Below the pieces are notes generated by a model. It was not told the origin of the DNA. It saw nothing but the letters and a program-made list of their open reading frames with translations, and made no database searches. Shown here piece by piece: positions 56,505 to 64,000 of a DNA stretch of 64,000 bases. The number at the start of each line of letters is the position of its first letter. Position 1 is the first letter of the stretch. This stretch comes from Cyanobacteria bacterium SIG32 (GTDB taxonomy: Bacteria; Cyanobacteriota; Vampirovibrionia; Gastranaerophilales; Gastranaerophilaceae), in NCBI GenBank assembly GCA_015152455.1, contig SUTY01000001.1, forward strand, positions 5,807 to 69,806. The letters run 5' to 3'. The position numbers were made by a program, and so were the translations under genes.

Positions 56505-57155
56505 ATGACAAAAAGATTCGGTTTTACTTTGGCAGAAGTATTGATCACATTAGGTATCATTGGTGTAGTTGCTGCTATGACTATCCCAACATTGATTTCA
56601 AACACAAATGGTGCACAGTTCAAAACAGCTTACAAAAAAGCGTTATCAACTTTGAACCAAGCAGTTCTTATGAATGTTGCAATGGATGACACAGATTTTT
56701 CAGGTATGGTAGCTGCTGATGCAGATGCTGGTACTAAAATCGCAGATTTCTTAGGCGCTCGTTTACAAACAGCATCTGACATTACTGATCAATATGATAA
56801 TGAAACAGCTCCAGCTTTGACAACTTACAAACTTGATGGTGCTGATGTAACTGTTCCTCAGACAACTGCTATCGATACAGTTTATGCTTTTGCTGATGGT
56901 ACAGCATTTGGTTTCAGCGCTGCTGCAGCATCTTGTACTAAAACAGCTCCTTGCTACGGTTACATTGACGTAAACGGTACTGCTGGTCCTAACCAACAAA
57001 CAGAATGTGATGCTGGTACTGGTACAACTGGTGATGATGGTGTTGCTTGTGAAGTTTCAGCTTCTGCAGTTAAAGACATCTTCCCAGTATTATTCTATGG
57101 TCAAACTGTTGAACCAGCTTCAGACGCAGCTAAAGCAGTATTATTCGGTAAATAA
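56505..57155 (+). CDS. type IV pilin-like protein with a short canonical leader
   Basis: MTKRFG-FTLAEVLITLGIIGVVAAMTIPTL. ATG at 56505 after AAAGGTGAAAAG. Codon usage looks like that of a highly expressed gene. Confidence 0.8.
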   Translation: MTKRFGFTLAEVLITLGIIGVVAAMTIPTLISNTNGAQFKTAYKKALSTLNQAVLMNVAMDDTDFSGMVAADADAGTKIADFLGARLQTASDITDQYDNETAPALTTYKLDGADVTVPQTTAIDTVYAFADGTAFGFSAAAASCTKTAPCYGYIDVNGTAGPNQQTECDAGTGTTGDDGVACEVSASAVKDIFPVLFYGQTVEPASDAAKAVLFGK

Positions 57156-57175
57156 TCGATATAATAATACAGTTT

Positions 57176-57210
57176 TAAAAAAGACGGTCGTAAGGCCGTC
57201 TTTTTGTTTT
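57176..57210 (+). terminator. intrinsic terminator after the pilin gene
   Basis: AAAAAAGACGG-TCGTAAGG-CCGTCTTTTTGTTTT. Confidence 0.7.
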
Positions 57211-57275
57211 ATTTAAAAATGAGCCTTCTTCTTTACATTCTTGCACTCATGTAAGATTTGAAGTATCCTTTTAGT

Positions 57276-58931
57276 ATGATTAAACAAATAAGATTAAAAG
57301 ATTATATATTAATAGATGAATTGACGGCTAATTTTCATGAAGGGCTTAATATAATAACTGGTGAAACTGGTGCAGGTAAAAGTATCTTAATAAACGCTAT
57401 TGATCTTGTTTTTGCCCCACGTGTGTCTAAAGAGGTCATAAAATCAGGGAAAGAAAAAGCTATTATTGAGCTTGTCATAGAAAATAACAAGCATGATTTG
57501 TCAAAATTTTTTGAAGAAAATGGAATTGATAATTTTGGATCAGAAATTATTATTTCAAAAGAAATAACACCAAGCGCAGTTCGTTCACGTATTAATGGCA
57601 CTTTAGTAAGTACTGATATCTTAAAATCTTTACGAGCTTTGTTTGTTGATATTCATTCACAGCATCAGACGTATGCTTTTATGCAGCCTAAGTATCATAT
57701 TTCGCTTCTGGATTCTTATGGAAAGGCTTCTTATGGCGCGAAATTAGATAATTATAAATCTTTATTTGAAAATTATTTGTCATTGCAATCACAGTTGGAG
57801 AAGGCTAAAAACTCAGCCGATATGACTGAATCCCAAATTGATTTTTTAAAATTCCAGATAAATGAAATTGAAGCGTTAAATATTCAATCAGTGACTGAAG
57901 ATGAGGAAATTGCTCAGGAATTAGAGGTTTTAGAAAATGCAGAAAAGTTAAAAGAGCTTACAGGTTCATCATATTGGGCATTAAATGGTGATGATTGTTC
58001 TATTCTTGATGGCTTAAATAAAATTAAACAAAATATTTCCAAGGCGGTATCTTATGATCCAAAACTTGCAGATCTTGAGAATGCTTTGATTGGGGCTTCA
58101 GAAACTTTAAAAGAGCTTGGCAGTGACTTGAATAGTTATAGTCAAAATCTCGATAACGATACGGAGCGTTTGAATAATTTGCAGGAAAGATTGTATGAAT
58201 TAGATAAGTTGAAACGTAAATATGGTGGGACGTTAGAATCAGTTTTAAAAACTTATGAAACGCTTTTGAATGAGCTTTCCGGAATTGAATTTTCAACTAA
58301 GAATATTGAAGAATTAGAACAAAAAATAGCACAATTACGCAGAGAATTGCAAGATTGTGCTTCAGAAATTACTGATTTTAGAAAAGATTTTGCAAAAGTT
58401 CTTTCTGTGCAAATACAGGATATGTTGGAATTTTTGGAGTTGCCCAAAACACGCTTTGAAATTCGTGTTATGCCAAAAGAATTATCTCAAGACGGTTGTG
58501 ATAATGTAGAATTTATGATTTCGACTAATGTATCTGAAGATTTAAAGCCATTGGCAAAAGTGGCTTCTGGTGGTGAAATTTCTCGTGTTATGCTCGCTAT
58601 TAAAACGATTTTTGCAGAAAATGATAATATAGATACGGTTATTTTTGATGAAATTGACACTGGTATTTCTGGTCGTGCATCTCAAAGTGTTGCAGATGAG
58701 ATAGTTGCGTTGTCTAAATATCATCAAATTATTTTGATTACTCACCAAGCTATTATTGCATCAAAATCAGACAAACACTTCTACGTCAGAAAATCACAAA
58801 CTGATGAAACTAAAGTAGAAGTGTATGTGTTGACTGGAGAAAATAAGATAAAAGCGCTAGCGGAACTTGCGGGTGGAGAGATTAACGAACAATCTATTGA
58901 ATTTGCAAAATCATTAATCAATCTTCAATAA
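57276..58931 (+). CDS. recN: DNA repair protein RecN
   Basis: [26 protein letters not shown] Walker A, long coiled coil, C-terminal [14 protein letters not shown] and [12 protein letters not shown]. Confidence 0.9.
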   Translation: MIKQIRLKDYILIDELTANFHEGLNIITGETGAGKSILINAIDLVFAPRVSKEVIKSGKEKAIIELVIENNKHDLSKFFEENGIDNFGSEIIISKEITPSAVRSRINGTLVSTDILKSLRALFVDIHSQHQTYAFMQPKYHISLLDSYGKASYGAKLDNYKSLFENYLSLQSQLEKAKNSADMTESQIDFLKFQINEIEALNIQSVTEDEEIAQELEVLENAEKLKELTGSSYWALNGDDCSILDGLNKIKQNISKAVSYDPKLADLENALIGASETLKELGSDLNSYSQNLDNDTERLNNLQERLYELDKLKRKYGGTLESVLKTYETLLNELSGIEFSTKNIEELEQKIAQLRRELQDCASEITDFRKDFAKVLSVQIQDMLEFLELPKTRFEIRVMPKELSQDGCDNVEFMISTNVSEDLKPLAKVASGGEISRVMLAIKTIFAENDNIDTVIFDEIDTGISGRASQSVADEIVALSKYHQIILITHQAIIASKSDKHFYVRKSQTDETKVEVYVLTGENKIKALAELAGGEINEQSIEFAKSLINLQ

Positions 58932-59868
58932 ATTCTCTAAAGTGTTGAAAGGCTTTTAAATCTCGTATTCTTTTTATCGCACTATCTTCGAGTTGTCTAA
59001 TTCGTTCTTTTGAATACCCCATGGTTTCACCAAGTTGTTCCAGTGTTTTGGGCTTTTCTCCATTGATTCCAAAACGGCATGTTATTATTTCTTTTTCTCT
59101 TTCTGGGAGGGTTGATATTAGTTCTTGAATGCTAGATTTTATCATGTTATTTTGCGCTTGTTTTTCTGGAGAATTGTAAGTATGGTCTTCTAGATAATCA
59201 CCAACATTCAAATCATCAGTAACAGGTGTTTCAAGGCTTATAGGTTCTTTAATAATTGCTTTTTTTATTGTGGCTATCTTTTTTGTAGGAACACCCATTA
59301 ATCCGGCAACTTCTCTGTCAGAAGGCTCGTTGCCGTTTTTGAAACTTAATTCTGCGTAGTATTTTTTATATTTTCTGATTTTGTCAGTCATATGCACAGG
59401 AATTCTTATAGTTCGGGAATGATTAGAAATTGCTCTAATTATTGTTTGCTTAATCCACCAGGTTGCATATGTAGAAAAACGAAAGTTCTTTGTGTAGTCA
59501 AATTTTTCAGCAGCTTTAATTAGTCCGAGTGAACCCTCTTGCACTAAATCCATAAATAAGACGCCTTGTCCGATATACTTTTTGGCGATACTTACAACCA
59601 ATCTTAAATTTGCTTGAATTAATTTTCGTTTAGCTATATCTGATTTTTTTTCTTTTATTTCTTTCCCCAGAAATTTTTCCTCTTTTGCTGATAATAATTT
59701 GATTTTACCAATGTCTTTCAAATACATTTGCAAAATATCGTCGTCATGTGCAATTGCGCTAAATGTTTTAGGTTCGTTTTCAGAATCCTCGTGTGTTGTA
59801 ATTTCTTCGTCAGGAGTGTTGTATTCTAAATCTTTGAATAGAGTATTTTCTTCGCAGTGTATAATCAT
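58918..59868 (-). CDS. RpoD-like sigma-70 factor (group 1/2 type, short N-terminus)
   Basis: Region 1.2 [16 protein letters not shown], region 2 [19 protein letters not shown]...[13 protein letters not shown], region 4 [20 protein letters not shown]. Confidence 0.85.
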   Translation of the reverse strand: MIIHCEENTLFKDLEYNTPDEEITTHEDSENEPKTFSAIAHDDDILQMYLKDIGKIKLLSAKEEKFLGKEIKEKKSDIAKRKLIQANLRLVVSIAKKYIGQGVLFMDLVQEGSLGLIKAAEKFDYTKNFRFSTYATWWIKQTIIRAISNHSRTIRIPVHMTDKIRKYKKYYAELSFKNGNEPSDREVAGLMGVPTKKIATIKKAIIKEPISLETPVTDDLNVGDYLEDHTYNSPEKQAQNNMIKSSIQELISTLPEREKEIITCRFGINGEKPKTLEQLGETMGYSKERIRQLEDSAIKRIRDLKAFQHFREFIED

Positions 59869-59925
59869 TTTTCATCCTCTCTCTTTCTTCTTATGCTGAC
59901 GTGTTTCTTTATAAAAAGTTGCATG

Positions 59926-59953
59926 TAAAAGGCGACACAGTTTTGTGTCGCCC
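59926..59953 (-). terminator. intrinsic terminator after the 85-aa gene
   Basis: Minus strand GGCGACACA-AAAC-TGTGTCGCC followed by TTTT. Confidence 0.65.
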
Positions 59954-59974
59954 GAATTTATTATGTTCAGTATT

Positions 59975-60232
59975 TTATGCTACTACTTGAAGATTTTGAC
60001 CTGTTTTTTCGCCGTATCTTGCTACTAATTCTTCTTCTGTTAAGATTTTTGTTTGTGGTTTTGCACCGTAATAAGAACCCTTTGTTGTAACTTCATATGT
60101 TCCATCTTTTAAAGCTTTGATTTTGGTTTGAGAGCCAATCATTGTAGGGATTTCAAGTTTTTGGCCGGTTGATGTTGTAACAACTTGAGAAACATAAGGG
60201 TTGTTTTTTGCGAATTCTACTTTTCCTGACAT
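59975..60232 (-). CDS. small hypothetical protein (85 aa)
   Basis: RBS AAAGGAG. Beta-rich sequence; no recognised domain. Confidence 0.5.
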   Translation of the reverse strand: MSGKVEFAKNNPYVSQVVTTSTGQKLEIPTMIGSQTKIKALKDGTYEVTTKGSYYGAKPQTKILTEEELVARYGEKTGQNLQVVA

Positions 60233-60377
60233 AATTAATACTCCTTTAACACACTTTACACATAAAAATAAATAACACTACTCCTATATAAAAAAAATTT
60301 CTGTATAAAATTGCCATTTAAAATACTTATATTAAGAATTTTTAATAAAAAGAAAATGAAAAGATTAAATTTAGTTC

Positions 60378-60406
60378 TTGACAATAAATTTTTTTCTTGT
60401 TATTAT
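60378..60406 (+). promoter_or_regulatory. promoter for tRNA-Val: TTGACA, 17 nt, TATTAT
   Basis: TTGACAATAAATTTTTTTCTTGTTATTAT, 20 nt upstream of the tRNA. Confidence 0.6.
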
Positions 60407-60425
60407 AAATCTTGCCGAAAGAAAA

Positions 60426-60501
60426 GGGCGTTTAGCTCAGTTGGTAGAGCGTCTCCCTTACAAGGAGAGGGTCAGAAGTTCGAGTCTTCTAACGCCCACC
60501 A
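60426..60501 (+). tRNA. tRNA-Val (anticodon TAC), CCA encoded
   Basis: GGGCGTT TA GCTC-AGTTGGTA-GAGC G TCTCC-CTTACAA-GGAGA GGGTC AGAAG-TTCGAGT-CTTCT AACGCCC A CCA. Confidence 0.9.
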
Positions 60502-60502
60502 T

Positions 60503-60534
60503 AAAAAGGAACAACTTATGTTGTTCCTTTTTTA
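60503..60534 (+). terminator. intrinsic terminator after tRNA-Val
   Basis: AAAAAGGAACAAC-TTAT-GTTGTTCCTTTTTT. Confidence 0.75.
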
Positions 60535-60549
60535 TTGTATAATAATCTT

Positions 60550-61902
60550 ATGCAACAGAATGATGAATTAATTATAAAAATAGAAGGCTTTTCAAATCTT
60601 GGTTATGGTATTGCAAGGGTTGACGGATTTGTGATTTTTGTTGAAGGTGCGTGTCCTGAAGATGAAGTTCGTGTAAAACTAACAAAGGTTACTAAAAATT
60701 ACGCAAACGCAAAAGTTTTAGAAATCATGACTCCATCTACTCATAGGGTTGAGCCGTTCTGTGCTATGCAAAAAGTTTGTGGAGCATGTCAGTTACAATT
60801 TATTGATTATGATTATCAATTAAAGTTAAAAAAACAAATTGTAGAAGATGCTTTTCGCTCAATTGGTGGGCTGGATGTAAAAATAAACGATCCTGTACCA
60901 AGTCCTCAGATCAAGGAATATAGGCATAAAATTCAATATCCGATATCTGAAACAAAAGTTTCAAAAAGGATTTTGGCCGGATATTATAAACCTGCAAGTC
61001 ATGAAATTGTAAATATCAAGCACTGTCCTATTCAGCCTCAAATTTGTGACGAAATAATTGATTTTATAAGAAATTCAGCTTTTGAATACGGTATTTCTGG
61101 TTTTAATGAGAAAAAACATAGTGGTGATTTAAGACATGTTGTAATTAGAACATCTGCTGCAACTGGTAAAAATTTGGTTGTTTTGGTTGTTAATGCAACT
61201 AAAACTTTTGATAGATTAAAAGACTTTGCGCAAGCTATTTATTCAAATTTTAAAGAAGTTTCTGGAGTTTGTGTTAACTTTAATTCAAAAAAAACAAATG
61301 TTATCTTGGGTGAAAAATCCGAATGCCTTGTTGGTAAAGACGTTATCAAAGAAAGAATTATTGATAAAACTTTTAGAATCGGTGCGAATACTTTTTTCCA
61401 AGTTAATCCTAAGAGTGCAGAAAATATTTTCAAATATGTTAAAGATTATATCCAGGTTAATTTTGAGTCACCTACTGTATTAGATGCGTATGCTGGTATA
61501 ACCGCTTTTGGTATTGTAGTTTCTGATGTTTGCAAAAAGGTTGTTAGTGTCGAGGAAAATAAAGAATCTTGTGAACTTGCTAGACTAACATTAGAGGCTA
61601 ATGAAGTTAATAATGTTGAAATTCACAATATGGATGCTGCAAAATTTTTTGCAAAAGAAAAACGTAAATTTGATGTAGTAATCCTTGATCCACCACGAAA
61701 AGGTTGTACTAAAGAATCTTTAGATGAGGCAATAAGACTTTGTAAAGGCAAAATTGTTTATGTAAGTTGCAACCCTGCAACTCTAGCTCGGGACTTGAAA
61801 TATTTAGCAACAGAAAAAGGTGCTAAAATCGAAAGTGTTCAGCCTTTTGATATGTTCTGTCATACCTATCACATTGAAAATGTTGCAATTATTTCTTTTT
61901 AG
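60550..61902 (+). CDS. rlmD: 23S rRNA (uracil-C5)-methyltransferase, RlmD/RumA family (TRAM + Fe-S + SAM MTase)
   Basis: TRAM N-domain, Cys cluster CAMQKVCGACQLQ, DPPRKG and VSCNPATLARD motifs. Start trimmed to MQQNDEL. Confidence 0.85.
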   Translation: MQQNDELIIKIEGFSNLGYGIARVDGFVIFVEGACPEDEVRVKLTKVTKNYANAKVLEIMTPSTHRVEPFCAMQKVCGACQLQFIDYDYQLKLKKQIVEDAFRSIGGLDVKINDPVPSPQIKEYRHKIQYPISETKVSKRILAGYYKPASHEIVNIKHCPIQPQICDEIIDFIRNSAFEYGISGFNEKKHSGDLRHVVIRTSAATGKNLVVLVVNATKTFDRLKDFAQAIYSNFKEVSGVCVNFNSKKTNVILGEKSECLVGKDVIKERIIDKTFRIGANTFFQVNPKSAENIFKYVKDYIQVNFESPTVLDAYAGITAFGIVVSDVCKKVVSVEENKESCELARLTLEANEVNNVEIHNMDAAKFFAKEKRKFDVVILDPPRKGCTKESLDEAIRLCKGKIVYVSCNPATLARDLKYLATEKGAKIESVQPFDMFCHTYHIENVAIISF

Positions 61903-62989
61903 CTTTTAGAGCTTCTTTTGCTTCTTTGACTTCTTGAGCTGCTTTTGCTTTTTTATCGCATTCTGTTTTCATTCTATATAATTCAACATAGCTTAATTCT
62001 TTAGGTAAGAAGTATGGCCATGGCAAGAAGTCTTTCACTGTAGGTTTAGCATTTCTTGGCGGAAGTTCTCTTGCGTGTATGTATGAATCTTTAATGTATT
62101 TATTTAATGCTTCTTTTTCAAATTCTGAAAGATTTTTCATTTTTTCTTTCATTATTTTTTCGATTGGTTTGTATTTTGGATCGAAGTCTTTTTTGCAGCG
62201 TAATTTATAGTAGAAATCTTCAATTTCTTTAACGTGTTCAGTGTCATATCCCATAATTTGAAGTTCGGCTTTTAATCCGTCGTCAAGTTGTAATGTGATA
62301 TGAATTGCAGTATATCCGTTTGGAATTGGTTTACTTTTAATTTCAGGATATTGTCCTGATTTTGTACATTTTTCTTCAAATTTATCTAATGTTTTTTGTG
62401 AAACGTAGCTGTCTTTACTTGTTAATCTATAGTTTTCGACTTCTGTAACTTTGATTTTGCCTTTTTCAACCATAGAACCAAGTACTTGGAATACTTTATC
62501 AAAATCTTGTTGTGTAGAACTTTGCATTACAATTCTTGCACCTACAACATCTCCCATTCCTTTAATGTCTTCTTTCGTACGGTTGCCTGTAGATAATGCT
62601 TTTTCTCTAATAGATCGAGGTGATTTTACACGAACTTTGATTCCGTTTGCACCAGGACGAATTGGGTTTTCTGGGTGAGCTTCAGATGCTATAAGCCCTT
62701 TAAATTCACGTCTTAATAAGTTTAAAAGTTCATTTGTAGGACGTTTTGCTTCTTCATGGATGTCTGAGCATAATTGTATTGAAACTTCTTTTGATTCTTC
62801 ATTTTTAACTTTATTTTTGTTAACTTCTTTAGCTGCTTTGGCGTTTTTGTTTAATTTAGCTGCTGTAAAACTTACAGTGTCGTGGTCCAAAGTATGTACA
62901 TACTTTGGTTGAATAACAGTCTTGTTATTCAACATCTCTTTCTTTTGGGTAAATGTTAGATTGTTAAAAGCTATTGGTAAAATATTCAT
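61889..62989 (-). CDS. RelA/SpoT-domain (alarmone-synthetase-fold nucleotidyltransferase) protein with N- and C-terminal extensions
   Basis: VRVKSPRSIREKAL, GDVVGARIVM, NGYTAIHITL and ELQIMG correspond to the R-x-K-S..S, D-x-x-G-x-R-I/V, G-Y-x-x-x-H and E-I/L-Q-I motifs of RSH synthetase domains. 366 aa with a Lys-rich tail. Confidence 0.65.
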   Translation of the reverse strand: MNILPIAFNNLTFTQKKEMLNNKTVIQPKYVHTLDHDTVSFTAAKLNKNAKAAKEVNKNKVKNEESKEVSIQLCSDIHEEAKRPTNELLNLLRREFKGLIASEAHPENPIRPGANGIKVRVKSPRSIREKALSTGNRTKEDIKGMGDVVGARIVMQSSTQQDFDKVFQVLGSMVEKGKIKVTEVENYRLTSKDSYVSQKTLDKFEEKCTKSGQYPEIKSKPIPNGYTAIHITLQLDDGLKAELQIMGYDTEHVKEIEDFYYKLRCKKDFDPKYKPIEKIMKEKMKNLSEFEKEALNKYIKDSYIHARELPPRNAKPTVKDFLPWPYFLPKELSYVELYRMKTECDKKAKAAQEVKEAKEALKAKKK

Positions 62990-63145
62990 GATTATTTCCT
63001 TCTGTGTTTTTTAAAAACTCTCAACAAAAAATTTTAACCTTTAAATCCTTTTATATTCAATATTCTTTACATAAATTTACAAGCGTTTTTCTTTGTCAAT
63101 TAGTCATGTTTGTATTATCATGGAATAGTACAGTTATTAGTATAG

Positions 63146-64000
<855 letters not shown>

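Noticed and set aside
60311-60571. 86-aa track ORF
   Set aside because: It spans the tRNA-Val promoter, the tRNA itself and its terminator, so it is not coding.

Overview
This is an AT-rich (about one-third G+C by eye), gene-dense bacterial chromosomal window, and most of it is housekeeping. Recognisable genes are a GH38 hydrolase, glnA, rel, a histidine kinase/CheY/PilB-like trio, mlaE, folC, nadE, the dcw fragment murC-murB-ddl-ftsQ, two Zn-dehydrogenases, ilvC, pyrG, gatC, a group-3 sigma factor followed by a prepilin peptidase, ruvA-dnaA, queA, yidC, rubredoxin, coaE, an MsbA-like ABC exporter, recN, an RpoD-like sigma factor, rlmD and the 5' part of nifJ (PFOR). RNA genes are tRNA-Pro(TGG), tRNA-Leu(TAG) and tRNA-Val(TAC). 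I saw no rRNA, CRISPR array, transposase, integrase or reverse transcriptase. The gene content (PFOR, rubredoxin, a FliJ-like fragment, MlaE, DUF512, pilins starting FTLAEVLITLGIIGVVAAMTIPTL) suggests an anaerobic, diderm, probably flagellated organism; a Melainabacteria/Vampirovibrionia-like origin is only my guess. The most unusual region is the pilin locus at 42.3-43.9 kb. (a) Its 3'-terminal ~140 nt are a G+C island with two runs of eight NNC codons, a G-rich tract and an 8-bp/4-nt-loop hairpin. This resembles a diversity-generating-retroelement variable region, but no template repeat or reverse transcriptase is in the window. (b) A G10 homopolymer separates a well-positioned SD+ATG from the pilin frame by exactly one nucleotide, making it a phase-variation candidate. 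(c) A conserved leader module (three GTGAYCAAG repeats, with a GC-rich hairpin in two copies) occurs three times, including once next to a decayed pilin cassette at 13.4-13.7 kb. Other notable items: a His-rich (HHHQH) leader peptide with mutually exclusive terminator/antiterminator hairpins upstream of an unknown membrane protein; a terminator-bounded CA-rich RNA candidate upstream of glnA; a catalytically degenerate PilB-like protein coupled to a two-component pair; a tandem pair of divergent thymidylate-kinase-like genes; a long RelA/SpoT-domain orphan protein; a leaderless CHAP amidase downstream of an ABC exporter and a small acidic protein; and a partial tandem duplication of tRNA-Leu carrying a 39-nt hairpin insert. 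All functional calls rest on my own reading of motifs, with no database search.
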